This document shows positions 13,101-26,955 of a stretch of 64,000 nt of DNA, in pieces. The notes beneath the pieces are model-generated. The model had not been told where the DNA came from. It did not search any database and saw only the letters and a program-made list of their open reading frames with translations. A program made the translations under genes and the position numbers. Source of the stretch: Octopus sinensis (Eukaryota); NCBI RefSeq assembly GCF_006345805.1, contig NC_043001.1, positions 21,824,001-21,888,000 of the forward strand. The letters run 5' to 3'. Within the stretch, counting starts at the first letter, position 1. The number at the start of each line of letters is the position of its first letter.

Positions 13101-14827
13101 AGCACCAGCAAGGTTACCATATAACTTGGAAGGCAAAGACCCCTCAACTAAGAGGAGTAATGGTATTGAGTGGGGTGGCTTTGTAGCAGATGATGAGTGA
13201 TTAAACTATGATAGCTGGACAGAAATAGGTGTCTTGCTGTAGAGGAAATACATGGTTATCCCAGGTGAAATGTGAGAGAGTGGGGGTGGGGGAATAGACA
13301 ATTCATTATTTTTCCAAGTTCAATTAAGTGAAATCACAAGTCTGCTTCTAGTCTTTTGATTACAGAAAGATATTCCTAAATGCTTTTCTGCTATAATGTA
13401 AGAATTCTGATTTCCTCCTTAGCAGTTGCAAGGTCATATTGTTCAGTTTTAATTATTTTTTGTGCTATTAAAACAAATGTATATATATGAATAAAATTCA
13501 ACCATTTCAAAATTGAAATTATAAATTTCCCAAATTCTAATATTTCTTCACATATTTTGATGCAAAGGAATACTAAAGCTCCCAAATGCACTACCCTGTA
13601 TTACGAGGTGCGGTGAAATATATTGAGATACTGCAGACACTCCATTTTCTATTTGTTGTAACTTTCCCGGGCTGGAACTGTGCCACAAGCATAGTTGTTA
13701 CTGACATGATTTATTGGCTTGTGCTAAATTAATGGCATAGTAAAAATATAGACTTGGCTTTTTTTATATGTTTTGTTCAGCCTTGGCAAAACTTTTGTTG
13801 TATAGGTTTTATGGATAATCTATTGTTATTCCTTGAATTTTCCTGTGTCCATTATCTTCTATAATGTTGTATGAGCCAAAGTTTCAGGTAATGCTTTAAG
13901 CTGGAGAACACTGTGAATGAAATACTGTGCCAAGTATGGTGAATATCAAAAATATTGAAGAATCAATACTTTTATAGAATATTACAGAAAATGAAAAATT
14001 CTTCCATTAAATAGTTTCAGACATGCATATTTTTTATATTAAAAAAATAATGAAAATATTTCAATTGTTACATACTGAAATCAAAATTATTTGCTTTTGT
14101 TTATATTTTGGGAAAGCACTTTCTCAGTGACATAGTTATTCTTTACAATAAGATTCAGAAAGTTGCTTAATATCATTAAGCTAATTTGATCACCTTCTGT
14201 TGGTAGGTTGTAGTCAAAATGACTGGAATCTCGATAAAATCTTTTTGAAAACAACTAATAACATTTATCTTTTTCTTGTTTCAGTCATTAGACTGTGGCC
14301 ATGCTAGGGCACCACATTAATCAGTATTCTTTTGTATTATTTTGATAAATAAAATGTATAAAAGGTATATATCTTTCCTTAAAATGATTAACAGAGAACC
14401 TGTTCCTTTCAACCTTCATTCGAGATGATGATATGCACAACGTAATTCAATGCATAAATTACAGGATTTGTGAGTCAAGACATACATTCAAATAAATAAT
14501 GAACACTAATAATTTCACAAAAATGAAATTGATAACAATGATAATAATGATGATGATAATAATAATCCTTTTTACTAAAGGCACAAGGCCTGACATTTTT
14601 GGGGAGGATACTAGTTGATTACATCAACCCCGAAAAGATGAAAGGCAAAGTCAACCTCAGTGGAATTTGAACTCAGAATGGAAGGACAGACAAAATACTG
14701 CTAAGCATTTTGCCTAGTATGCTAACAATTCTGCTGGCTCACCACCTTAAATGGTAATAATAAAAATAATAATATAAAGGAATTAACAAAGCAAAACTAA
14801 ATCTGAAATCTGAAGGGAAAAACTTAC

Positions 14828-14921
14828 CTCAGAAAACCTCGGCGTGTGATTATTTCAGCATGAGAGTCATTGACACTGTTGCCTTCCAAACTCAAATGAT
14901 CACCGGTTAAACAGCGGTTAC
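14828..14921 (-). CDS. ADAR: ADAR1 exon with catalytic HAE motif (94 nt; too short for the ORF track)
   Basis: ctttag|GT acceptor and GAG|gtaagt donor. Encodes [32 protein letters not shown]. Confidence 0.96.
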
Positions 14922-15541
14922 CTAAAGGTGTAATAGTTTTTCATTTATAACTTGAACAAACACAAAATACACAGACACATCAAAATAGCTGTAATGTTGA
15001 TTGCCAAAGCTAAACTAAATTCTGTTCTATGTTGCCAACTACATTTATTGTAGTAAGATTTCTATGCACCAACCAGATCTATCTTTTCCAAATGGGCACC
15101 ACCTGATGGTTTTTTTTTTTTTTTTTTACTACACACACAAATATATTGCATGGCAAGATAGAAGTAACATGCTCAACTGCCATATTGCACCTTGCACAGA
15201 TAATTACTATAAAGAGCAATTTACAACACAATCTGAATTAAAGACTTATAGGTTACTTCAATGCATTCAACTGACTACTGCTATACCATAGGTCACAATT
15301 AGATAAGCTGATGAGAATTTTTCACAACAATACTTATTGCTTTAATGAACTATAAAACATGTCTATAGAAATATAAACATAACATACACACACTTAACTC
15401 ATTTTTCCTGGGTCTCTTTTAATCTCCTTTCCTCTCTTCTTTCTTTTCCCAGCCTCTTCTGGGCTTTCTTCTACTATCCAACAAAGGACTATGCCAGAAA
15501 CATATTTTTATTCTATAGCAATTTTATCCTTCTTTGAGCCT

Positions 15542-15706
15542 ACTACACTCTCGGAGTGGTTGGCGTTAGGAAGGGCATCCAGCTGTAGAAACTCTGCCAG
15601 ATCAAGATTGGAGCCTGGTGCAGCCATCTGGTTCGCCAGCTCTCAGTCAAATCGTCCAACCCATGCTAACATGGAAAGCAGACGTTAAACAATGATGATG
15701 ATGATG
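15542..15706 (+). mobile_element. Short RTE-tail repeat
   Basis: TTGGCGTTAGGAAGGGCATCCAGCTGTAGAAA...(GAT)n. Further + copies near 15940, 22200, 49545 and 61630. Confidence 0.85.
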
Positions 15707-16675
15707 AGCCTGTTGGCAGTTGTTTTTTATTATTTGTAATTGCTTTGCTTTATCATATGCTTGCATGGATCTTCCATATTTATTCAACCAATACTTTGGA
15801 TCACCTTAATTTTTGGATTATTTTAACACTTTAGTTATCATTTGATTACCATCTCAAATTACATTGGATCTTCATCATTGGTCACATACACACAGAATTC
15901 CCCAGCTGTTTTTTTGTCTTGCAAGTTACATGGCAACCTCACTAGTGCCAGTGGTATGAGAAAAGTATCCAATACACTCTGTAAAGTGGTTGACATTAAG
16001 AAGGGCATCCAGCTGTAGAAACCATGCCAAAGATAACACTGGAGATAAAAGCAGCCCTGTACACACTTACAAACAAAGAAGGAACAGCTGTATATGCATA
16101 TTTCAACTCCAAGTTTGGTCAACTGTCCACTTTCATTAACTACCCGCAACACCACTGCTTATGTACCCACTGATATTAATCACTAAATAATGTAGGCCAA
16201 TTTGCATGTTTAATGTCCTTTTGGCAGATAATTGGAATATTAAATGAGGTAGTTCACATTAATGGCAAAGTTTCACTAGTAATTAATTCTAAATAATTAA
16301 ATTAAAACTATTTAAATAAATTATCATGTTTCAACTAATTTAAGATATTACTGCTATCATTAAGACAAAATTGATGTTGAATTTATGTAAATATTGTAAA
16401 TATTCAGACCATAAAGGTAAAAAGGTGAAAAAAAAAAAAGGGACAAGGGTTGTAAAATGTATGTTAAAAGATAATTGCAGTCTAAATTATTGATCATTGT
16501 GATCTCTTTTAGCAATAACTGTTAAAGCAAGGGATCAATTATAGATCAAATTACTTAAATATTAAGTATCATTTGGAATTGATAATTTAATAGTATTCTT
16601 CAAGTTATTATTACTAAAGAAGGTTACAAGGGGTCTGTAAGTTAAAACCTTGATATGAACTTGTTCTTTACTCAC

Positions 16676-16859
16676 CAGTTCCAACACTGATAACAATTCC
16701 CGTATCCGTTGGTGATCGCTTCATCACCAAAGCGGCGATTACTTTTCTCCCAGCAAGGTTCTCGGGGATTTGCAAGGCAATATTGTTAAATGCCTGGTGA
16801 CTCAAGGCAGCCATTTTATCGAAATGTGTCATTTCTGCAGGTGGAATTGTTTTCAATGC
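16676..16859 (-). CDS. ADAR: ADAR1 exon, start of deaminase domain (184 nt)
   Basis: ctatag|GCA acceptor and ACTG|gtgagt donor. Encodes ALKTIPPAEMTHFDKMAALSHQAF...GRKVIAALVMKRSPTDTGIVISVGTG. Confidence 0.95.
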
Positions 16860-16940
16860 CTATAGAGTAAAAAAATAAAATAAAATAAAAAAAATAAAAT
16901 AAGAATTAAAAATAGAAAATAAAGATTTACAAAGTAATTT

Positions 16941-17395
16941 ATGGCTGTGAGATTAAGAAGCTTGCTTTTGCAACCACACGGTTTTGGGTTCAATCCCACT
17001 GCATGGCACCTTGGGCAAGTATCTTCTACTAAAACCCTGGGCATTGTGAGTGAATTTGGTAGGCAGAAATTGTGTGGAAGTCCACCGTGTGTGTGTGTGT
17101 GTGCATTTGCTTCTCCACTGCTTAACAACTGGTTTTAGTTTACGTTATTTACACTCGATGGATATTTGTCCTCATCTTGTTTGGTGTTAACAACAAACAA
17201 GATGAGGACAAATATCTGTCAAATGTAAATAATGTACATAATTCCTCATCTCTTAAATATAGAACTGTTTATAGTTTATTTACATCCTCATAACTTAACA
17301 GTCCAGCAAAAGAGAAAGATAAAACAAGCACCAGACTTCAAAAGAAATCCTGGGGTCGATTTGTTCAACTAAACAGCTCAAGACAGTGGCTGCAA
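16941..17395 (+). mobile_element. SINE family A, interrupted by a palindromic element
   Basis: Head at 16941, about 80 nt from the exon acceptor at 16859; insert near 17142-17270. Confidence 0.75.
17142..17235. repeat. 94-bp near-perfect palindrome (probably abutting terminal inverted repeats)
   Basis: Perfect 23-bp arms at 17161-17183 and 17194-17216, extended by imperfect outer arms. Confidence 0.9.
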
Positions 17396-18768
17396 TCCAA
17401 CAACAGGAACAACTACTGTAAACGCTAAGTTGCTGAAATGAGACTGCAGATCTGAAGCACATAGGAGCCTGAATGAATGATGAATGCAGAGAACAACAGA
17501 CACATTTAGTGCATCAGTTGTATCTCAATTTCAGTTAGTAGACAACTGCAACTGGTTAATGTGTTATTGACTCAGTAGAGATAAAAGCATGAAGCCAAGT
17601 TTTGCAAAAGAGACATCAAAACAATAAGCCTTTGAACTACTCAACCAATTTCCTGTCAGTCTAATCAAAGAAGCAATATTTTGTAAGTTGTAACTGAAGT
17701 AGTCTGCTGAAGAGTGTGTCGGTATAGAGAAAGACTAAGAAAATATGACCTCACAATATACAGACATAGTAAGGATAACAGTGTGATGATGGCATACATC
17801 ATGCCTGATCAATAACTGATGGTTGCAATTAAGGAAAGTTTCATGTACCACTGGCAGTGGTAGAATAAATATGAACCAAAGCTGGATTAGCAGGTTCATA
17901 TAATTGGCATGTTAAATGATTTTTAAGAAGTTGTACTTTGACTCTGGGTTTTGTAAAAGATAAAATACTTCTTAGATTTCAATTAGTAAGGACCTCTGAC
18001 CAAAAAGAAATTACATCCAAATGTCAAATGTAATTATTTTGTCATAATAAGCTGATTTGTCTGTTGCTTTTGACTCCAGATTGGTTAACCTTACAATACA
18101 AATCTTAGATAGTTTTTAATTTAGATAACTTTTGAAATATGAAGCCTTAACCCTTTGCCTGTCCTGTGTATCACATTTCCCTGTTGTCTATGTATCATAT
18201 ATGATACACATTCCCAATTTCTTTCAACAAGCAGAGTAACTTGAGATTTATGGAAGTAAAGTTTTATACTACTCAGAACAGTGGCAAATAGTAATACAGA
18301 AAGTAAAAGGGCTAAAAGTCTAAAAACAAGTATGGACATTTAGGACAAACCTATGAAAATGCTTTGGACAGGCAAAGGGTCAAATCATGAAATTAGTTAA
18401 ATAGTTGAAAGTATTAGCACAAAATAGACACATTATCTAATGATTCTTAAAACATAATCAAGATTTTTTGCATTACAAAAATCATATTATCACACGTAGC
18501 AGTTCTATTAGATTTTTTAGTTAAAATTTCAAGCAATGAAAATAGGTAAAATTATTGAAACAAAAACCCCATGTTTTTTCTGGTTTTTCTATTTCTAATT
18601 AACAACAACAGAAATTAGCTTAAACAAACGTAGGATGAAGCCAATTTTAAACACATTTGATCAGTGTTCTAAAATCAATATGTTTTTTGTAAATAAAATT
18701 GTCAATGAATAAATGTTATCTTTTACAAACTGTAATATGAACACAGCATTTTTCGGTAAAATACTTAC

Positions 18769-18913
18769 TGAGACGGTGTTCTCTAACTGATACTGTCCTT
18801 CAGCAATGAGAATGCGCAATGTCAGATCGGCTGCCTCTTTCTTACCATCCTTCTTACTGTTGCACTCCATACTGGGGAACTGGCGTTTACCAAGAATCAC
18901 GGCGAATTTAAAC
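18769..18913 (-). CDS. ADAR: ADAR1 exon, C-half of dsRBD (145 nt)
   Basis: cacacag|G acceptor and TCA|gtaagt donor. Encodes FKFAVILGKRQFPSMECNSKKDGKKEAADLTLRILIAEG with the KKxxK motif; phase matches the upstream donor. Confidence 0.95.
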
Positions 18914-18994
18914 CTGTGTGGTGAAGAGAGAAAAAAAAATAATTCCCAATACAATAACATTAAATGTTTTATTTATCACTTCAATCATTGCATA

Positions 18995-19364
18995 TCTATA
19001 TATATAAACGGCAAAATGTCTGTCTGTGTGTGTGTGTGTCCTTTATACAAATCCACAATTTTTCAGTTAGAGGGCTCGCACTTTCTATGGTCATTCAAAA
19101 CCGTCCAAGGATGATCGTGCACATCTTTACATTTCCCCAGTCACCCCGCAAAACCATTAAAAAATCAATAGAAGTGACTTTTCTGTGAATTTTCTATCCA
19201 AAACCCAATCAAAATGCCCGAAACTTGATACGCCAATTGACTGCCAGCTAGCTGTATGTGATTGGTCGGAGATTTGGACAGTACTCGCGTGTATGTGCGT
19301 ACACACGCAGCTGTATATGCATGCACTAGCACTATGACCCGGCAACGCCGGGTCATAGTGCTAG
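18995..19364 (+). mobile_element. Non-autonomous Helitron
   Basis: A|TC 5' end, subterminal hairpin CCCGGCAACGCCGGG, CTAG|T 3' end, no target site duplication. Confidence 0.85.
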
Positions 19365-22300
19365 TGTTTCAATAAATCACAAGAATCATTTCTAGTTTGT
19401 TTTCCTTTGAAGTATTTCTGCTGTTTATCTAAATGTTATTTAATCAATCTGCACAGATATGAAAATATGAACTAAAGATAAGCACTGAAAAAAAGAAAAA
19501 AAAAGAGAGAAGCGATTCTTCTACAAGCTGAGACTGCAAATGTTCTGATTCCATGTTTAGGTAATTTCATTTCCCTTACGTTGTTAAACACCATTTCAGA
19601 TATTTATAAATTCCTGTTTTCCATAACATCACTGGTTTCATGCATATAAACTTAACCCTAGTCAACATTGTAGATATTGTAAGGTCTGCTAATGTGAAAT
19701 AATAAAATCCAAGGAAATTAGTGCTGGTCTGCAGTGGCAAATAGTAAATATAATAAAAAGTATAAAATAGTGAAGAAAATTTTATGCCATGAGAAAAAAA
19801 AAAAAGCAAACTAATGTTTCAAGAAGAATTCTTCTTTGAAAAGAGAGATGAGAATTTTGCTTGTGCTTATTGATAGATTGGGAGTACTGAAAGGAAAAAC
19901 ATATAACAATAGAGAATCAAGGGGGGGGGATGAAGGGAGGAGGAGGGAGGGGGCTAAAGGGAGGAGGAGAGAGATGAAGAGGGAGAAACTGGCATTATGT
20001 GATAATTATTGTTGATGTTTAAGTTGCATGGAATCTAACTCTTCTGTCTTGGCACTGTTACAATGGTGTGTGTGTGTGTGTGTGTGTGTGTGTCTGAATA
20101 CATAAAGACACACAAACATATGCAGACATAATCAATAAAGTGACACCTCCTAGCATACAAAGTTCTAATATGTTTCTTCACCTTAAAAAGAAAAGAAATT
20201 TACATGATACCAAAATGCAGATTATAAGTTGATTGCAGCCTAACTTAAATCTCAGATAGTCTACTTTTATATTTTGTAACTGAGTTCCAGCATTGTAGTC
20301 ACATACAATTCAAAGATGGTTGGTAACATTTTCTTACTAGGGAGCACTGTACACAATACATTTTGCATTGTTAAAAAAAATGGGTTCTTTGCAGGTGTGT
20401 ATTGGGAACATTAGAGCCAGTATTCTTCTAATTGTGGTTTGTTTCTTGTAGCAGACCAAGTTTTATTTTCAGTGACATTTTGAAACAGAATTTTTCATCT
20501 TTCAGATCATTCCAGAATGCTTAACATACTCTCAACTATTTCTTCTTTAACCCTTTCATTACTGTATTTATTTTGAGATGCTCTATGTCTCTTTCAATTA
20601 CTTTAAATATGACTAAGAATTTAGTAAAATAACTTAGTTATCATTCAGCTAGTGTTAGGAACATAAATTGTGACTAAGGTTTGGTGGAAGATTTTAATTC
20701 AAAACTTATGGAAACAAGATATTTGTACTCAGAGCCAGAGCCGGTTTCAGCTGGCTTGGTAACGAAAGGGTAAATACAAAAATAAGCTACCAAGCCCCAG
20801 CTGTCTGTTGTGGCTTGGTTCTACAGCAGGATGTCCTTCCTAACACCAACCACTTTACAGAATGTACTGGGTGCTTTTTATGTTACTGGTATGGGTGCCT
20901 TTTATGTGTCACTGGCACAGGTGACCTTTACATGTTACCAGCATGGGTGTCCTTTATGTGTTGCTGGCATAGATGCCTTCTGTGTCACCAGCACAGGTGC
21001 CCTTTATGTGTTACTAATAATATACAAAAACAATTTGAAGTTTGAGAACTCAATATTATAAGTCTGCTATATATTAGTTCAATCCCTTCCTTTTAGTCTT
21101 ATTGTAGCATAGTCATTTAAGAAATGCTGCAGTCTTATGAAGTCCCTTGCTTCTTGAGGCTCTATTCAATAACTAAATTCAGCTCTCATATAAAAATGCT
21201 AACCCCTTTAAATAGTATGACTCACGTAACCATTTAGTTGAGTCACGTGATTCAGTAACTATATCAAGCTTGCAAAACTACAACACAAGGAATCTTATAT
21301 CTCTTCTTCCTTTTTATAAGATTTATAAAATTCCCATAATATCCTTGTTTTCAGACTCACTGCAATTGGCCTGTGTGACCCCAAACTATGTGTGGTCACA
21401 CATCCTGAATAGTCCCACAGATTAACCCTTTTGTTACCGTATTTATTTTGAGATGCTCTGTGTTTCTTTCAATTAATTCTAAATATAACAAAGAATTTAG
21501 TAAAATAACTTAGTTATCATTAAGCTAGTGTTAGGAACATAAATCGTGACTAAAGTTTGGTGGAAGATTTTTATTCAAAACTTATGAAAACAAAACATTT
21601 GTACTACAGAACCAGAGGCAGTTTCAGCCGGGTTGGTATTGAAAGGGTTAAATGTAAGCACACGGCAAGTCCAGTTATACAGATCTGTTTTCCTTTCTTT
21701 CTTTTTTCTCTCTTTTAGTAGTCGTAGCCAAATTACTTGAGACTGATTGACTTCTAGCACATACAACCCTAGCCACTACTTTTCAGCACTTTCTATTATC
21801 TTTCAATAACAACACATCTGATTGTATGCATCTTAGGCAACCATAAGAAACTATTCATTACATTATTCCACAACTACTTCAACAGGTTTCCCATGCATTT
21901 ATTAAAACTTCTTTTTTCTATTGATTAAGTTTATTTTCCTCTCAGTACCTAGGTTTTTGACTGCTGCTCCTTTCTGCTTTTCTTTTCCTTTTTTTTTTTT
22001 TACTTTCACTTTCTTTGTCTATCTGAAGACAAAGTGTTTACACAAGCCTATATATATAGTATTGACTAGAAATGTATAGATATGTTCGTGCATGAGTGTA
22101 TGTCTGTGTGTTTGTTTATGTCTGCACTTCTATGAAAATAACAAGCTAGAATGGGTGATGTTGTCATCTTTTCTGTTGACAAATTGTCCACTGGTCTTGC
22201 ACCATCAAACACATGTAGAATAAGAGATCCCTTGAAAAAGAGATGAAGGTTAGCAACAGGAAGGGCATCCAACTATAAAACAACGCCTCAGTAATAATGT

Positions 22301-25300
22301 TTGTCTAACCCATGCTAACAAAGTAAAATGGACACAAAAACAACTAAGTGAACAAATTTTCACATATTTCCTCTTCACAACAAAGGCAAGCTGCCATAGT
22401 ACCAACAATGCTTGAAGTACATTTTGATAATGTGCTGGACATACTTTGTTAATATTCCAAGCTGCAACAGTATTACAATTGTTTAATGTGTTGATTTACA
22501 AAGGAGTCAGATGCTTCTTCTCTCTCTCTCTCTCTCTACTGCTATAGTCAGAGACCATACATTCTTCTATTGATCTGAAATACATTTATCCTAGTTCACA
22601 GTATCCGTTATTACCTATAATACTGTACTATATTACAAAGTCTTCTTTTTACACTGCATGTAAAAGGATTTCAATAGCCAGAAATGACTTTCATTATGAC
22701 ATACTTTAAATGCCGTGAAAAACAACAACAACATTTAGTCGTGTTTTAACCTGCAAACAAAATACAAAGCACATATGTTACACACCATCATTTTCTGTAA
22801 GCAGACCAAAGAACTCATCTGTATTAAACAGTAACATTAAGAAACTTCAGTGCTGCCTCCTTCAACAATAATAATAATGCCACTGATGTTATTTTTATTC
22901 ACCCTTCACATGCATAACTACACACAAACACACACACACACATACACACAACATATATATCCATATGTATCATACAATCATCCCTATCTTTATCATCTTG
23001 GATTTATGAAATAATTTTCCCTGCTGAAAATTAAACCTAGCATCATCTACTGCATCCTAATTTCCTTGACCTAATTCTGCTTCATGCATTCTTTATCCAC
23101 ATCATGCAGCTTCTTTTTTCTTCTCATCCAACAATATTGATGTTACATGCCACACTTATACAGACAGACACGAAAATACACATACACATACACAGGAAAA
23201 ACATATATAAGTAAATACATATACATATTAACGCACTGAGAAAAACAAGCTAACTATCAGAAGATGCCGTATAAGGGATGTCTGCAATGATTCAAACACT
23301 GATTTGAAGTTAATAGTCATGGAATAGGTAAACTAAGAAAATTATGGATTGAAATAATTGGACATATTCTAAAAATATTTATATTGATATAGGAATAGAA
23401 ATGAAAAGCCATAAAATATGCTAGCATGGAAAAAAACTAATAACACTGAAAACATCTACTTATACATATTTGCAGCATAATGAGTAATTAGTTAAACAGC
23501 TAGCTAAACAGAGTGATACATAAATTCTCTTCATATCTGGTAATTTTTATCTTTCATCAAAACTGGTTATTATTTTTGTCTTTCTACTGCTTCTGCTCAC
23601 AGTTTTTCCTTCCCAAACACTTTTCCAGTTCATTAATCTCAAATTATTCCTCGATAAGCAATAAGAATTCCTTAATTTTTTGTAGAACATACAGAAAGTG
23701 ATAAAGTCTGATGTATTAATTCTGCTTTTATACACTCACCAGGCATACTAAACAGCACACAAAAATTTTACATCTTCCAAAAAAAAAAAAAAAAAAAACT
23801 ATTTCTTCTCTGAAATTCCTCACATACTAGTACATTTTTACCAAACACTAATTCCTCATTTCAAATTCAAACTGATGCTGTAACCAATCTTTTATTCTAA
23901 GAAAGCTTCTTCTTTGAAATGAAAAATAAAAAGTTTTCCTCATGATAGATTTCAAATGCATTGTCATATAGGTTTCTTTATTACCCACAAGGAGCTAAAC
24001 ATAAAGGGGACAAACAAGTACAAACAGATTAAGTCGATTACATTGACTCCAGTGCATAACTGGTATTTAATTTTATCGACCCCTAAAGGATGAAAGGCAA
24101 AGTCGACCTCGGCGGAATTTGAACACAGAACGTAACGGCAGTTGAAATACGGCTACGCATTTCGACCGGCGTGCTAACGTTTCTGCCAGCTCGTCGCCTT
24201 ATGTCATATATAAGAACAGAACAAAAAAGGGCAACTAGGATTACAACTCTCCTGTGAGAAAATACATTTTCAGTAGATACTGAATATAATAGGAAGAAAT
24301 ATCAAGCATATAATGAGGAGAGGACAATTCAAAACCACTGAGAACCATAGGATTTGGTTGAAGCGGTTGCAAGACAAGTTCAAGTACCCTGAAATACCCA
24401 TCATGCTTTGCTTCTCTTATACACAATAAGAGCCAAGTCAAGCTGCCTTATTATTTTCCACAGGGTCAATGCCATTACAGTATTATGGTAGTCAAGCTCA
24501 GGTGAAGGAAGAGTCTGTTCCAACAGGACTCTGCTCTCTCCCACATGGTCCTCATGACCAAAAGAATAGCTGGCAGAGAGTTTGCATGATCATGTGACCC
24601 CAACATATGGTCCCCTAGTTCACCCATTTTGAACCCCCTACTACAATATCTGGGAAGTCATCAGAGAGACCAGCAACCCAGAGTAAGAAGGATTTGTCAG
24701 AGACTACTGTTACAGGTGTAGGGTGCATGGGTGGAAACCACTTGACCTGTTTTGCCTTCAATTGTCACAGTGGGGCCATCATTGGGGATGAGGGTGACTG
24801 TTGAACAGCAATTTGGAAATCACAAAAAGAATATTGATTGACCTAGCTTTTCTTCTATCTTTAATTTAACAGGCTACACAAGAATAAAGAGTAAAAACAA
24901 AACAATTAGCATAAATCAATAGATTGAAATATAGTTACACAAAGTTAATGTCATTTGTTTCCATGTTAACATGAATTACATGAATATGTTATTGGGGCAT
25001 TATTTTACAGCTAGATATTTACTTCTTCTTTAACCTTCTTTTTTTTTTTTCAAGTAAGGGATTTCTCATTTCATGCCTTTGAAGTTTAAAGCCAGCAAAT
25101 GATTTTTCACAAGCAAACAATGTAACTGCTTGTAGCGCGTGATTTTTGGAGACGTGTAAATGCAAGGGCAAATGTAAACAAGTACACAGACACACATGCA
25201 CATATACGCACACACAACAGATTTCTTTCAGTTTTTGCCTATTAAATCCATTTACAAGGCTTTGACTATAGTTAAATATAAGTTTATTCCTAAATAAGCA

Positions 25301-26424
25301 TAAAAGTTTAAAATAACAAAAAAACTGCAAATATTTTTTCATCAAACTTAAGAAAACCATGTATGACCTTCTGTTATGACTAACAATACAATAAAATCGT
25401 AAGCAGATCTAACAGCTAATTCATTCAAGAACCAGTGCTTGCAACATATTCATTCATTCTGTAACCCAATTAAATAAAAAGAAACAACTTTGTCAGAATA
25501 CATTAGGAAGCTTAAGAGAAAAAAAAATTAATTGCAATATTATATGGAATTTAGATTGCAGAGTTAAAGTGCCTAAAAACCTCACATATACCATATGTGC
25601 TATGTACATTGGAAGCATTTGAGAGCCAGTTTCCTAATATTCTTCTATTAAAAAACATTCTGAACAGATTATGAACAACATGCATAGAAGTTTTTAAACC
25701 TTTCCAAACTCAAGTTTCCTAAATTTTAGCTTATATAGCGGTTTTAGTTCTTCCTTTTCTTATTTTCCCTTTTCAGTTTATCTCTTTATGCATTACATAT
25801 ATTATAAAATGATTTCAGGAACATTATATATCTAAGTATCTGTATTAAACAAATGTGTAATGTTTTACAATGAATAATATTACATCGATAATATGTTTTA
25901 GATTCTAATTGTCGTGCATTCTTTTGAATAAAAGACATTTCTATTACATAATATCGGTCTTTATGGCGTAATGAAAAGAGATAACATTATCCATACGTAA
26001 AAAGACGGAATTCATTCATTGTGAATAACATTGTGGCAAATAGGATTTAAAAAATAATGACAGTTTGAAAGGTAGGACAATCTCCTTTACGTAAACAAAA
26101 ATAACATTAAAATACTATGACAACAATATTTTGTTTTTGTAATTGATCTAAATATAATTTTGAAATATTTCAACATTCAGTTTAGTATCTATTTCAAAAG
26201 CTTAAACATTTAATTTGTTTTGGAAAGCAGCAATTTTATTGAGTTGCTTTATTTATACTATCATTTATATTTTCATAAAAACATTGGTTCAATATCTCTT
26301 GTGGAAAAAAAAAACCCATAGTATTAATGTACAATTAGAAATGAAATTTATTGTAATTATTCAAACCATGATTTTATATTATTCTTGTAAATCAGAACTA
26401 GGTTTAGACTTTTTTTTCCCTGCC

Positions 26425-26955
26425 TTTAACCCTCCAACGCGGAGTATAGGCCACTTATAATTAAAATATGTCGCATAATTTTTCGCTTCTGTACTTATAC
26501 TCTGCCATGAATGTCCCCCTTTCTCTAGTTCCTTTTGTGTTGATCTCCACCATGAGTTCTTAGGCCTACCTCTCTTTTTATATCCATCCGGTTTCCACTC
26601 TAAAGCATTTACGCTACATTTGGTGTGTCTTTTCTAATTGCGCTACCAATCCACTTCCAATTTTTCTTAGATATTCGCTCCCTAATCGAAACTTGATTTG
26701 TTCTTTGCCATAGCTCCATATTGCTTATGTGTTTGGGCCATCTAATCTTAAGTATACTATGCAAGCATCTGTTGATGAATGATTGTATTTGCTTATTTGA
26801 CTTAACTGTTGTTCGCCATGTCTCAGCCCCATACAATAACACTGCTTTTACGTTAGTGTTAAAAATTCTTATTTTGTTCTTTATTGAAATTACACTTGCG
26901 CTCCATACTTTTTTTAACAGGTGAAAAGCAGTCCTTGCCTTACTTATTCTAGACT
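26425..26955 (-). mobile_element. RTE-clade LINE 3' fragment
   Basis: LLYGAETWRTT...RCLHSILKIRWP...KNWKWIGSAIRK and a degenerate RGRP motif. Confidence 0.9.
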
